Source of the DNA: Alphaproteobacteria bacterium
GTDB taxonomy: Bacteria > Pseudomonadota > Alphaproteobacteria > CALKHQ01
Length of the DNA: 64,000 nucleotides
Direction of reading: 5' to 3'
NCBI GenBank assembly: GCA_965227515.1
Contig: CBDDFZ010000001.1
Coordinates: 1,184,001-1,248,000 of the forward strand
A program made the translations under genes and the position numbers. Shown here piece after piece: positions 39,936 to 52,161 of this stretch (positions are counted from its first letter, which is position 1; every line of letters starts with the position of its first letter). The notes beneath the pieces are model-generated. The model searched no databases. It saw only the letters and a list, made by a program, of their open reading frames with translations, and had not been told where the DNA came from.

Positions 39936-41636
39936 CTAGAGCACGAGAAAATCCGAAATCAGGATGTCGGCCGGATCGACCAGATGAACCGGCTGTAGGT
40001 TGGAGTCGTAGTTCAGCACCACCAGCACGGTCTGGCCCTGGTAGGTGACGTGGGTGTCGGCGCCGCTCTGGAAGAACCCGGTTCCGCCCAGCTCGTCGCC
40101 TTGCCAGCCCTTGTAGTCGAACACGAAGTCGAAGCCCGTGCCGGCGCCGAAGTCGAACAGCTGTGCGCCTGTGCCTTGGGTCATGCCGCGCACGAACAGG
40201 TCGTCGCCCTGGCCGCCGTGCAGCTCGTCGCCGTCGCCGCCGCCGACCACGATGTCATCGCCGTCGCCGGCCCAGATCTCGTCGAAGCCCGCGCCGCCGT
40301 ACAGCAGGTCGTTGCCGCCGACGCCTGATAGGAAATCGTCGTCGCTGGCGTCGTCGCCGAACATGATCGCGTCGCTCGGGTTGCCTTCGCCGAACAGCTC
40401 GATGCCGTTGCCGAGGATCAGGTCGTTGCCGGTGCCGCCATAGGCCTCGTCGTTGCCGGTGCCGCCGATCAGCCAGTCATCGCCCTCCTGGCCGGCCACG
40501 AAATCGTCGCCCTGGCCGCCCAGCACGGTGTCGTCGCCTTGCTCGCCCAGCAGGTAGTCGCTGCCGCGGTCGCCGACGATCATGTCGTCGCCTTCGCCGC
40601 CATAGGCCGAGTCGGGGCTGTCGCTGTCGAACGGGCCGGCTTCGATGAAGGGGGCATGGCCGCCCCAGATCGAGTCGTTGCCAGCGCCGCCAATCAGGGT
40701 GTCCCAGCCATTGCCGCCGGAGACCAGGTCGTTGCCCTCGCCGCCGTCCAAATAGTCGCTGCCGTCGCCGCCGAACAGGTAGTCGCTGTCATCGTGGCCG
40801 AACATCACGTCGGCGCCGGCCTCGCCAAACATGCGATCCTGGCCGGTGCCGCCGCCCAAATAATCGTTGCCGCCGCCGCCCAGCATCGTGTCGTTGCCGG
40901 CCTGGCCATAGACGTGGTCGTTGCCCTCGCCGCCGAAGGCCCAGTCGTTTCCGTTTCCGCCCTCGACGGTGTCGCTGCCGTTCTCGCCGGCCAGCACGTC
41001 GTCGCCATCGTTGCCCAGCACGGTGTCGTCGCCATCGCCGGCCCAGGCCCAGTCGTTGCCGAGGCCGGCGTCGATGAAGTCGTCGTCGTCGTAGGTCCAG
41101 ACCTGGTCGTCGCCTTCGCCGGCGAAGACCCAGTCGGCGTCCGCGAACTGGCCGCCCAGCGCCATGCCGGCCACGATCACGTCGTTGCCGCTCTGCGCGA
41201 AGATCGCGTCGTTGCCCAGATAGGTGACGATCTCGTCCACCCAGTTGGTGCCGACGATGATGTCGTCGCCGAAGGTGCCTTCGAAGTGGCTCGGCGGGGG
41301 CGCGAATTCTGGCAGCTCGCCGAGCGCGGGGAAGCGCTGATCGATATCGTCGCCAGAAAAGACGAAGTCGTTCAGGCGGGAGTCCGTTGTACCGTCGCCG
41401 AAGGCGATGCCCTTGGGTGTCGATGCCTTGCTGTCCGATCCGGCAAGCGCGTCGCGGCCGGTGCTCGCCCACAGCGTGTCGTTGCCGCCGGCTTCGGAAA
41501 GAACGTCACGGCCAATGCTCGCCCACAGCGTGTCGTTGCCGCCGGCCGCGGACAGTGGATCGAACAAGCCGTCGATGTGGGCATCGGCGTCGATCTCAAG
41601 CCCGTTGATGGCCCAGAAGGATTTGCCGTCTGTCAT
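39936..41636 (-). CDS. RTX-type calcium-binding protein
   Basis: Dozens of GGxGxDxUx nonapeptides; exact 31-bp duplication at 41462 and 41516. Confidence 0.9.
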   Translation of the reverse strand: MTDGKSFWAINGLEIDADAHIDGLFDPLSAAGGNDTLWASIGRDVLSEAGGNDTLWASTGRDALAGSDSKASTPKGIAFGDGTTDSRLNDFVFSGDDIDQRFPALGELPEFAPPPSHFEGTFGDDIIVGTNWVDEIVTYLGNDAIFAQSGNDVIVAGMALGGQFADADWVFAGEGDDQVWTYDDDDFIDAGLGNDWAWAGDGDDTVLGNDGDDVLAGENGSDTVEGGNGNDWAFGGEGNDHVYGQAGNDTMLGGGGNDYLGGGTGQDRMFGEAGADVMFGHDDSDYLFGGDGSDYLDGGEGNDLVSGGNGWDTLIGGAGNDSIWGGHAPFIEAGPFDSDSPDSAYGGEGDDMIVGDRGSDYLLGEQGDDTVLGGQGDDFVAGQEGDDWLIGGTGNDEAYGGTGNDLILGNGIELFGEGNPSDAIMFGDDASDDDFLSGVGGNDLLYGGAGFDEIWAGDGDDIVVGGGDGDELHGGQGDDLFVRGMTQGTGAQLFDFGAGTGFDFVFDYKGWQGDELGGTGFFQSGADTHVTYQGQTVLVVLNYDSNLQPVHLVDPADILISDFLVL

Positions 41637-41988
41637 CGATCCTCTCCGTCACGCCCACGACTGCGGTGGGTTCTGTCAGGAGAGGTCGCGGCGTGCGGTC
41701 GCCGGGTTCAAAGAAATTGGCAAAAAAGTGTCGGCAGGGCGGCGCAACGGTGTCCCGACGGTCGCTCCAGGGATGACGGCACTTAATGAATTGTTAGTCG
41801 GCTAAAGCCAATTCTGTTGGAGTCCGACCCATGTGTACGGCCGCAGGTGGTCCCCGCAGGAGCCGATGCCACCAGCCCACGCAGCGATGCGGTCCACACG
41901 AAAGCAAACGGGTCGGTTTGGGGTCCCGGATGAGCCGGTTTCGGCCCATCGGTGGATCGACACAGCGTCACCAGGCAGGAGACGGGCA

Positions 41989-43053
41989 GTGATCGAACAA
42001 TTTGCAGGACGACCGGCGGCCGGTGCGATCGCTGGAGCACGCCTTCGGTGCGCCGCCGCCATCGCGGCTGCGGTGTGCCTTGCGGCCGGCACAGCCACGG
42101 CCGAGGTCGACTCCGTCGAACTGACCGACTACTGGACCGTACTGGTGGTCGATGGCACGGCTTATCGGCGCGAGGGCGTCAATGCCTGGAACGACCGGGC
42201 GCCCATCGCGGCCGGCGACCTGATCGGTCCATATCAGTCCATCGAGACGGGAGCCGGCAGCGAAGTGCTGCTGCTCCGCGACGACGACATCATTCGTGTC
42301 CAGGCCAATACCGTGATCCAGTTGCCCGCGCCGGAGGTGGGCGGACCCGAGACCACGGTCGTCCAGCCGGGCGGCGATGCATCCTACGCCGTCGGCTCGC
42401 GCGACGAGCCATCGTTCGAGGTGGTGACCCCCTACCTGGTGGCGGGCATCAAGGGCACGCGGTTTGCGATTACCGAGAACGCGAGCCGCCTGTCGGTGAC
42501 CGAAGGCCTGATTGGATTGTCGAGCGCGGGCGGCTGCGGGTCGGTCGATGTCGGCGCGTCGTCGTCGGTCAGCGTTTCCGACCCGTGTACGGCCATCTTC
42601 GTCCTGGAGCCGCTGACCGAACTTGAGATCGAGGCCATCGACGAGGGCCTGGAGCTCGCCCTGAACGACGACGTGACCGGCGGAATTGGCCTGCCGCTGG
42701 GCGGAGGCGGCGGTCCCTTGAACGACCTGACCGAGACCCTGAATGGCGCGGCCGGGGGCCTGGGCGGCGCGGTTGGCGGTGCGGTTGGCGCGGTCGGCGA
42801 CACCTTGGGCGGTGCGGCTGAGTCGCTCGGTGGCGCCGCGGAGTCGCTGGGCGGTGCAGCCGGAGGTGCGGTCGGCGGTGCAGCGGATTCAGTTGGCGGT
42901 ACGGCCGGAAACGCGGCGGGCGCAGCCGGCGATGCGGTTGGTGGTGCGGCAGATTCGGTCGGCGGCGCGGCCGGTGACGCGGCGGGTGCGGCCGGCGATG
43001 CGGTGGGCGGCGCTGTCGACTCAGTTGGCGGTGCCGTGGGCGGCCTCCTGTGA
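41989..43053 (+). CDS. FecR-domain protein with Gly/Ala-rich repeat tail
   Basis: 'IETGAGS...FEVVTPYLVAGIKGTRF...VTEGLI' FecR motif; tail of GGAA repeats. GTG start after AGGAGA. Confidence 0.8.
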   Translation: MIEQFAGRPAAGAIAGARLRCAAAIAAAVCLAAGTATAEVDSVELTDYWTVLVVDGTAYRREGVNAWNDRAPIAAGDLIGPYQSIETGAGSEVLLLRDDDIIRVQANTVIQLPAPEVGGPETTVVQPGGDASYAVGSRDEPSFEVVTPYLVAGIKGTRFAITENASRLSVTEGLIGLSSAGGCGSVDVGASSSVSVSDPCTAIFVLEPLTELEIEAIDEGLELALNDDVTGGIGLPLGGGGGPLNDLTETLNGAAGGLGGAVGGAVGAVGDTLGGAAESLGGAAESLGGAAGGAVGGAADSVGGTAGNAAGAAGDAVGGAADSVGGAAGDAAGAAGDAVGGAVDSVGGAVGGLL

Positions 43054-43095
43054 GCAAGAGCCCGCACACCCGCCATCGCCTGACGAGCTAGCGCG

Positions 43096-43491
43096 GTGGC
43101 GATGTTCCTGAACCGCCGGTTGGGGGCGGCGCTTGCTGTCTGTGGCGTGTTGGGCGCGTGCGGCCATGCGACGTCAACGGCCACCACTGCAACTGATGTC
43201 GCACCGGCAGCTCCAACGGCGGCCGAACTGGCCGTGCAACTGGCATTGGAGAACCTGCCCGACGGCCAGACGCTGGAATGGAGCGACGCCGATACGGCCG
43301 CGGGCCAGGTCGCGATCGAGCGGACGTTCATGTCGCCGGATGGACGCCACTGCCGCGACTACGCCGTCGCCCAAGCGGCGGCTTCCGGCGAGACCACGGT
43401 CGCGTCGCACAGTGCCTGCCGCGACACCGGCGGTGTGTGGCGCGTGACGGCCGTGCCTGCGGGATCGCCGCCGGTTGACGGTACGTCGTAG
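43096..43491 (+). CDS. RT0821/17-kDa surface antigen-like lipoprotein
   Basis: Lipobox 'LGAC'; 'ALENLPDGQTLEW...CRDY...ACRDTGGVW'. Confidence 0.82.
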   Translation: MAMFLNRRLGAALAVCGVLGACGHATSTATTATDVAPAAPTAAELAVQLALENLPDGQTLEWSDADTAAGQVAIERTFMSPDGRHCRDYAVAQAAASGETTVASHSACRDTGGVWRVTAVPAGSPPVDGTS

Positions 43492-43518
43492 GGCCGGTTC
43501 CGGCCTGACGAATGCGGA

Positions 43519-44538
43519 TCAGCCGTTGCGGTACGTGTAGCCGTAGCCGTTGATGGCCGGCACGCCGCCGAGGTGGGCGTAGAGCACTTTCGACCCCGCC
43601 GGGAAATATCCCTTGCGCACCAGGTCGATCAGGCCCTGCATCGATTTCCCCTCGTAGACCGGGTCGGTCATCATGCCTTCCAGCCGGGCGGCCATGCGGA
43701 TGGCATCATTGGTCTCCGCCGAGGGCACGCCATAGGCCGGATAGGCATAATCCGGCAGCAGCGTCAGGTCGTCGTCGGTGACGTCGCGGCCCAGGCCCAC
43801 AAGGTCGGCTGTGTTGCGGGCAATGTCCATCACCTGGGCGCGGGTCTGGTCGTAGGTGCCGGAGGCGTCGATGCCGACCACGTTGGCGGCGCGGCCGTCG
43901 GCGGCGAAGCCGACCGCCATGCCGGCATGGGTCGACCCCGTCACCGTGCACACCACAATGTAGTCAAATCGCAAGCCGCGTTCGGCCTCTTGCGCGCGCA
44001 CCTCCTCGGCGAACCCGACATAGCCCAGCCCGCCCAGCGGATGCACCGAGGCGCCGGCCGGAATGGCGTAGGGCGTGCCGCCCCTGGCCTTCACGTCCTC
44101 CAGCGCGCGCTCCCAGCTGTCGCGGATGCCGATGTCGAAGCCCTCGTCGACCAGTTCGATCTCCGCACCCATCACCCGGCTGAGCAGGATGTTGCCGACC
44201 CGGTCGTAGACCGCGTCCTCGTGCGGCACCCAGCTTTCCTGCACCAGCCGGCATTTCAGCCCCAGCTTGGCGGCGACGGCGGCGACCTGGCGGGTGTGGT
44301 TCGACTGCACGCCGCCGATGGTGACCAGCGTGTCGGCGCCCGACTTCAGGGCGTCGGGCACGATGTATTCCAGCTTGCGCAACTTGTTGCCGCCGAACGC
44401 GAGGCCGGAGTTGCAGTCGTCGCGCTTGGCGTAGATGTCGACCGCGCCGCCCAGGTGCGCGCTCAGTCGTTCCAGCTTCTCGATCGGGGTCGGCCCGAAG
44501 GTGAGGGGGTAGCGTTCGAACTGATCGAGCATTGGCAT
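43519..44538 (-). CDS. acdS: 1-aminocyclopropane-1-carboxylate deaminase
   Basis: '[21 protein letters not shown]'; '[12 protein letters not shown]' and 'YAHLGG' carry the E295/L322 residues that distinguish AcdS from D-cysteine desulfhydrase. Confidence 0.93.
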   Translation of the reverse strand: MPMLDQFERYPLTFGPTPIEKLERLSAHLGGAVDIYAKRDDCNSGLAFGGNKLRKLEYIVPDALKSGADTLVTIGGVQSNHTRQVAAVAAKLGLKCRLVQESWVPHEDAVYDRVGNILLSRVMGAEIELVDEGFDIGIRDSWERALEDVKARGGTPYAIPAGASVHPLGGLGYVGFAEEVRAQEAERGLRFDYIVVCTVTGSTHAGMAVGFAADGRAANVVGIDASGTYDQTRAQVMDIARNTADLVGLGRDVTDDDLTLLPDYAYPAYGVPSAETNDAIRMAARLEGMMTDPVYEGKSMQGLIDLVRKGYFPAGSKVLYAHLGGVPAINGYGYTYRNG

Positions 44539-44644
44539 GGTTCGTGCGGCACCGATTCTTGTCATGGCGGGCGATGGGTCGACATTAGGATGGCGCGGTG
44601 TGGCATTCCAGGGCCGCGTTGCTAGGGACCGATAAGCTGAGCGC

Positions 44645-46564
44645 ATGACCGATACCCTGCTACTGGTGTTCATCTTCCTCGCCGCCGGCGTTATCGCGGT
44701 GCCGATCGCGAGCCGGCTCGGCCTCGGCTCGGTGCTCGGCTACCTGATCGCCGGCATCGCGCTCAGCCCGTTGCTCAGCGCCATCGACGTCAACGTCACC
44801 TCGATCCAGCACGTCGCCGAGTTCGGCGTGGTGATGATGCTGTTCCTGGTCGGGCTGGAACTGGAGCCGAAGCTACTGTGGCAGATGCGCATGCGGCTGC
44901 TCGGGCTCGGCGGGCTGCAGGTCGCGGCGACCACGGCGGCGGTGACGGGCATCGCGCTGGCGCTCGACCAGCCGTGGACGGTGGCGCTGGTCATCGGCCT
45001 GGTGTTCGCGCTGTCGTCGACCGCGATCGTGCTGCAGACCCTGAACGAGAAGGGGCTGACCAAGAGCGACGGCGGCCAGGCGAGCTTCTCGGTGCTGCTG
45101 TTCCAGGATATCGCCGTCATCCCGATGCTGGCGCTGATCCCGCTGCTGGCGATGCCGGAGCTGATGGACCTTGTCGGCGATGCTTCTCACGGTGATGGCG
45201 GACATGGCGCAGAAGGTGGGGAAGCCCACGGCAGCGGCCTCAGCCTGGTCGACGGGCTGAACGGTTGGCAGACCGCGCTGGTCACCCTGGGCGCGATTGC
45301 CGCCGTCGTGGTCGGCGGCAGCTACCTGACCGCGCCGATCTTCCGCTTCATCGCCATGGCGCGGCTGCGCGAGCTGTTCACCGCCACCGCGCTGATGATC
45401 GTGGTCGGCATCGCAGTGCTGATGTCGCTGGTCAACCTGTCGCCGGCGCTGGGCACGTTCCTGGCCGGCGTGGTGCTGGCCAACAGCCAGTACCGCCACG
45501 AGCTGGAATCCGACATCGACCCGTTTCGCGGCCTGCTGCTGGGCCTGTTCTTCATCACCGTCGGCGCCAACATCAGGTTCGACCTGCTGGCCGACAACAT
45601 CGGGACGGTCGTCGGCCTGACCTTCGGCCTGATCGCGCTGAAGGCAGCGGTCCTCGTCGTTCTCGGCCTGGTCTTCAAGATACGCGGCGCCGACCGCTGG
45701 CTGTTCGCGCTCGGCCTCGCCCAGGCCGGCGAGTTCGGGTTCGTGCTGTTGACCTTCACCGTCGACCAGGCGGTGATCCCCACCGATATTGCCGACCTGC
45801 TGGCGCTGGTGGTGGCGATCTCGATGCTGCTGACGCCGTTGCTGTTCATCGCCCATGACCGGCTGATCTCGCCGCGCTTCACCGGCGACGGCGAGCGCGA
45901 GGCCGACGACATCGAGCCGGAAGGCAGCGTCATCATCGCCGGCCATGGCCGGTTCGGCGGCATCGTCAACCGCATGCTGCGCGCCCATGGCTACGAGACC
46001 ACCGTCGTCGACTACAGCGCCGCACAGCTCGAAATGCTGCGCACCTTCGGCATCAAGGTCCACTATGGCGACGCCACCCGGCCCGACCTGCTGCAGGCCG
46101 CTGGCATCGACAAGGCGAAGCTGCTGGTGGTGGCGATCGACGGGCAGGAGCGGATCACCGCCCTGGTCGAGCACGTGTTCAAGCACCATCCCCATGTCCA
46201 CGTGATCGCGCGGGCGGTGAGCCGCCATCATGTCTACGATCTGTGGGCGGTCGGCTGCCGCGACGTCATCCGCGAGACCTATGACAGCTCGCTGCGCGCC
46301 GGACGCTCGTCGTTGGAGGCGCTGGGCAAGTCGCACGCCGAGGCTGCGCGCATGACCCGCGAGTTCGAGGACATGGACCGCGAGTCGATGGTGGAGCTGG
46401 CCGAGCTCTATCGCCGCGACGTGCCGGCCCACCAGAACCCGGCCTACATCGCCAAGGTGCGCGAGCGCAGCGCGCGGTGGGCACAGCAGCTCAGCGGCGG
46501 CCGCGCAGTCGAGACGCCTGATGACGCCGACGTAGACACGGACTTGGACAGAGACAGCGGGTAG
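44645..46564 (+). CDS. CPA2 monovalent cation/H+ antiporter with TrkA-N domain (KefB/KefC-like)
   Basis: 'LGSVLGYL', '[10 protein letters not shown]', 'LLFQD', 'AQAGEFGFV', 'AGHGRFG', 'YGDATR'. Confidence 0.92.
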   Translation: MTDTLLLVFIFLAAGVIAVPIASRLGLGSVLGYLIAGIALSPLLSAIDVNVTSIQHVAEFGVVMMLFLVGLELEPKLLWQMRMRLLGLGGLQVAATTAAVTGIALALDQPWTVALVIGLVFALSSTAIVLQTLNEKGLTKSDGGQASFSVLLFQDIAVIPMLALIPLLAMPELMDLVGDASHGDGGHGAEGGEAHGSGLSLVDGLNGWQTALVTLGAIAAVVVGGSYLTAPIFRFIAMARLRELFTATALMIVVGIAVLMSLVNLSPALGTFLAGVVLANSQYRHELESDIDPFRGLLLGLFFITVGANIRFDLLADNIGTVVGLTFGLIALKAAVLVVLGLVFKIRGADRWLFALGLAQAGEFGFVLLTFTVDQAVIPTDIADLLALVVAISMLLTPLLFIAHDRLISPRFTGDGEREADDIEPEGSVIIAGHGRFGGIVNRMLRAHGYETTVVDYSAAQLEMLRTFGIKVHYGDATRPDLLQAAGIDKAKLLVVAIDGQERITALVEHVFKHHPHVHVIARAVSRHHVYDLWAVGCRDVIRETYDSSLRAGRSSLEALGKSHAEAARMTREFEDMDRESMVELAELYRRDVPAHQNPAYIAKVRERSARWAQQLSGGRAVETPDDADVDTDLDRDSG

Positions 46565-46584
46565 CCGAACGGAACCGACCCGGA

Positions 46585-48138
46585 TCAGGGCGCAGCGTTT
46601 GTCATGAACGCGTCTCGGTAGATCGCCTCGATACGCTGCGCCTCATCGTCCGTCAGGGCTTTGAATTCGCGCTCGCGGGCCCGGCCGGACAGCTCGCCAT
46701 CGTTCTGGCGGAGAAACCGGAACAGCAGGTCGATCATGCGCTCGGGCATTTCCAGGAAGGCTTCGATCTGCCGGCGAAACCCGTCATAGCGACGCAGGAA
46801 GTCGGTCTCCGCCGGTAGGTCGTGCTCGATCGTGCGCTGAACGCAGGCGTAAAGGAACTCGGCATGCGGCGTCGCGTCGAAGAACCGATAATAATCCGCA
46901 GTCTCGTTCAGCACGTGGATATTGGATCGCTCTGTCGGCTCCCACTCGATCAGCGGCAACATGCGCCGTGAATAGGTTTCCAGTACCACGCGATAGTCGT
47001 CGATCTGTTCCAGGATCGCCGCCGAGATGGGAAAGACCACGCCCGGCGGGTTGAAGCCGCGCTGGGCCAGGACGTGGTGGATCAGATAGCGATGGATGCG
47101 GCCGTTGCCGTCTTCGAACGGGTGGATATAGACAAAGCCGAACGCCAACACGGCGGCGGCGATGACAGGGTCGAGCGCGCGCGCGGGACCACTATTGAAC
47201 GCAATCATGCCCTCTATGAGTGCTGCCAGGTCCTCGGGCTTTGCGCTGACATGATCAGGCAAGGGCATGCTCGTTTCACGGTCATGGTCGCCAATGAATC
47301 CGCCTTCGTCGCGGAAGCCAAGCCGGACAAATCGGGCGTCGCCGACCACGATCTTCTGCAACCGCCGCAGTTCATCGCCGTCAAGGATCTGTCTTCCGGC
47401 CTCGCCCAATGCGCGCGCCCAGCGCTGGATGCGGTCCTGCGGTGGACGTTCGCCCTCAATGGTGTAGCTTGCCCGCGAGTCTTTCAGCAGTAGAAAGGCA
47501 GCCGTGCGCGCAAGCAGGTCCTTTGGCACCCGCGCGACGATATCCTGCGCTTTGGCAGGCAGGTCCATGGCCACGAATTGCTGTAGTGCCTCGGTCCGAA
47601 AGACCATGGGGCAGAAATCGGGCGTTCCCGGCAGATTGTTGCGCACCCGGTAGCGCGATTGGTTTGGGCCTTCCGCGGCCCATTGCAGGCTTGGGTCGGC
47701 AGCGGGTACATAACGACCGCCGGTAGCGTCGGGCAAATTCAGACGCTCGCCAAGCGTCCACTCGTAAAGAAACCAGATGCGCCGCGCATAGCTCCCCGTT
47801 GGCGTGTTGCGGACCAGCGATTCTATTGGGCCGGGACCCGTCGCCAGGAACAGCCGCTTCAGCACGGCAAGATCGACGCCCTCGTATTTCAAGGCGAAGG
47901 TCAGGTGACCTTCGAGTGTCGCCGCAGGGGCGTGACGCGGCGTCATCAGGCGCCAGCCTTCTGTCTCCCTTATGCGGTGATGTTCGCCGATGGCCGAGAG
48001 TGTGCGGGGCAGAGGGACTTCTAGCTCCAGAGCCCCGATAAGGGCGCCATAGCCTACAGGAGTCGCTTTCTCAGGAAGTCGTCGTTCCTGAAATACCGTC
48101 ACGGGGCCTGAAAACTTGTCCCTAAGAATTCCATCCAT
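46585..48138 (-). CDS. Fic family protein (class II, self-inhibited)
   Basis: Canonical 'HPFEDGNGRIHR'; upstream inhibitory motif 'SYTIEG' fits (S/T)xxxE(G/N). Confidence 0.92.
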   Translation of the reverse strand: MDGILRDKFSGPVTVFQERRLPEKATPVGYGALIGALELEVPLPRTLSAIGEHHRIRETEGWRLMTPRHAPAATLEGHLTFALKYEGVDLAVLKRLFLATGPGPIESLVRNTPTGSYARRIWFLYEWTLGERLNLPDATGGRYVPAADPSLQWAAEGPNQSRYRVRNNLPGTPDFCPMVFRTEALQQFVAMDLPAKAQDIVARVPKDLLARTAAFLLLKDSRASYTIEGERPPQDRIQRWARALGEAGRQILDGDELRRLQKIVVGDARFVRLGFRDEGGFIGDHDRETSMPLPDHVSAKPEDLAALIEGMIAFNSGPARALDPVIAAAVLAFGFVYIHPFEDGNGRIHRYLIHHVLAQRGFNPPGVVFPISAAILEQIDDYRVVLETYSRRMLPLIEWEPTERSNIHVLNETADYYRFFDATPHAEFLYACVQRTIEHDLPAETDFLRRYDGFRRQIEAFLEMPERMIDLLFRFLRQNDGELSGRAREREFKALTDDEAQRIEAIYRDAFMTNAAP

Positions 48139-48412
48139 GAAAATTGTAACCCAGGTCCTTATCTGTGTTCCTGATCCTGTTATCTCTATGATAAATGATC
48201 CTAAAGCATGAAAAATGATCCTGACAACCGAAATGCGTGAAAATTGAAAATTAGGTCGACCCGCTGCGATCCCCCGCATGACCAACGCAATAGCCCGGCG
48301 GCTATGACGAAGATGCAAGCGGCTAGCAGGAGCGGTACCGATTGCGGCGGCGGCCTGGGTCCGCTACAACCCGGCGCGCATCCTCCTCCCCACCGATAAA
48401 CCAAGAGCGGTT

Positions 48413-50092
<1,680 letters not shown>

Positions 50093-50150
50093 GGAATCTC
50101 GATTGGACCATATGGCGTCCAAACTGTCGAGAGAAGTTGCGGTCAATTAA

Positions 50151-50327
50151 ACCATCGTCGCCCTCGCGCCTGTCGCGAGGGCCCATTTGCGGGGCAGCCC
50201 TGGGCGGGGCCGATAGAGGCTGGTGCGGTTGGCCCATCGAACCCGGCCGCCACCACGGATAGCAAACTGCCGCGCCCCATCGACGCTGGGGACAACAATG
50301 GGTCCTCGCCACAAGGGCGAGGACGAC
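50151..50327. repeat. REPIN-like element, family A
   Basis: Near-identical arms to 2253-2395 with an unrelated, longer spacer. Confidence 0.85.
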
Positions 50328-50400
50328 AATTTCTTTGCTGGCAAGGATTGTGCCCTGCATCGCGGCACATGGACGTCGCATAGGCCCGGATCGCCGCGCC

Positions 50401-51452
50401 TAGAGCGGGGTCTTTTTTGGAAGAATCGAAAGGGGATTCCCGACTCGGGTGGCAATCTGATTCAACGTGTTGGTCTTGAGAGGAGGCTGGCGCGATGGGT
50501 CGACCCTATTCGAATGATCTTCGTGAGCGTGCTGTTGCCCGGGTGATGGCCGGTGAGACGGTTCGCTCTGTGGCATCCGCGTTCGATGTGAGCGTGTCTG
50601 CGGTTGTGAAGTGGTCGCAGCGATATCGGCGCACCGGGAGCGTTGCGCCGGGCAAGGTCGGTGGCCACAAGCGGATCATATTGGCGCCGCATCGCGACTT
50701 CGTGCAGGCTCGTTTGGCTGCCGAGCCGCACCTTCCCTTGCGCTCCTTGCAGCGCGAGTTGGCCGATCGCGGCATCCGGGTGAGCTACGGCGCGATCTGG
50801 CGCTTTGTGCATGCCGAGGGATTGAGCTTCAAAAAAAACCGCGTTCGCCAGCGAGCAGGATCGTCCCGACGTGGCGCGGCGCCGCGCGCGCTGGAAGCGT
50901 CATCAGGCGAAACTTGATCCCGCCCGCCTGGTCTTCATTGACGAGACCTGGGCCAAGACCAACATGGCGCCGTTGCGGGGCTGGAGCCGGCGCGGCCGGC
51001 GCCTCGTCGGCAAGGCACCGCACGGCCGCTGGCGCACCCTGACCTTCCTCGCTGCTCTGCGCTGCGACCAGCTCACCGCACCGTGCGTCTTCGACGGCCC
51101 GATTAACGGTCAGGCCTTCCTCGCCTATGTCGAGCAAATCCTGGTGCCGACGCTCAAACCCGGCGACATCGTCATCATGGACAACCTGGGCAGCCACAAG
51201 GGCAAGGCCGTACGGGCCGCCCTGCGCCAAGCCGGCGCAAGGCTGCTCTTCCTGCCGCCCTACAGCCCCGACCTCAATCCCATCGAGCAGGTGTTCGCCA
51301 AGCTCAAGCACCTGCTCAGGCGCGCCGCAGAGCGCACCATCGACGACACATGGCGGCGTATCGGAAAACTACTCGACGCGTTCCAGCCACACGAATGCAA
51401 CAACTACATCGTCAATGCAGGATACGCTTCCGCATAAAACGATCCCGCTCTA
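50401..51452 (+). mobile_element. Complete IS630-family insertion sequence
   Basis: CTAG at both ends (TA duplication); terminal IRs TAGAGCGGGGTC / GATCCCGCTCTA. Confidence 0.92.
50495..51437 (+). CDS. IS630 transposase split at an A8 run (50831-50838)
   Basis: OrfA HTH 'YSNDLRERAV'; OrfB DDE 'FIDETW', 'MDNL', 'SPDLNPIE'; frames join as 'LSFKK-TAFASEQDRPDV'. Confidence 0.92.
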
Positions 51453-51460
51453 GATCGGGA

Positions 51461-51560
51461 TCAGCTTACGCTGAATCTGCGCCAGCCCTCTCCCCCACCC
51501 GGCCACCCAGCAGGATACTTTCGTGGGCGGTCGGGTGGGGGAGAGGGCCGGTGCCGACTT
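51461..51560 (+). repeat. Family B hairpin with inverted core
   Basis: Outer arms as at 8190, but the loop reads CAGGATACTTTCG (reverse complement of CGAAAGTATCCTG). Confidence 0.9.
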
Positions 51561-51573
51561 AAATGATCATGCT

Positions 51574-52122
51574 CTAGTCGTCGAAATAGGCGCAGTCCAG
51601 GCTGTCCGGCGCGACCCGCTCGAACGTGCGGCTGGCCGCATCGTAGGTCCACGCCTCGCTGGGCGGGGCGCCCGGCGACCACACGGCATAGATCGGCTCG
51701 TAGGCCCCGTCGAGCGCGTAGCAGGTGTCCGAGCCCACCAGATTGCGGCCACCCAGGTCCAGCAGCAGCGACGTGACGACCCGCCACTCGGTGATGCCGC
51801 CATCGTCCTGCCGCGCATTGGGCACCGCGATCATCACCGTGCCCTGGTCGCCACGGGTGTAGGACGTGGCCCACAAGCTGTCGTCAGCCCCCGGGTCGCC
51901 GCCGACCAGCCCGCCACCGTGGTCGCGCCAGCCATTGGCCAGCACCTCGCCATGGCTGTTGGGGACGATGTCGCCGGCAAAGAAGTCCAGGCTGGTCGGC
52001 CAGCCCTGCTGGTCGGCTTCCGCCAGCTCTGGCGGCCCCGGCATGCACGCCGCCAAGGCGAAGACGGCAGACACGGCCGCCACGGTGGCGGCCACGTTCC
52101 TGATGCCGATCGACATGGACAT
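51574..52122 (-). CDS. Hypothetical lipoprotein
   Basis: Lipobox 'LAAC'; directly downstream of the mlaC-like gene. Confidence 0.7.
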   Translation of the reverse strand: MSMSIGIRNVAATVAAVSAVFALAACMPGPPELAEADQQGWPTSLDFFAGDIVPNSHGEVLANGWRDHGGGLVGGDPGADDSLWATSYTRGDQGTVMIAVPNARQDDGGITEWRVVTSLLLDLGGRNLVGSDTCYALDGAYEPIYAVWSPGAPPSEAWTYDAASRTFERVAPDSLDCAYFDD

Positions 52123-52161
52123 GGAATGGATTGCCGGAATGCCGCCGCGGCGGCTGCCTGC

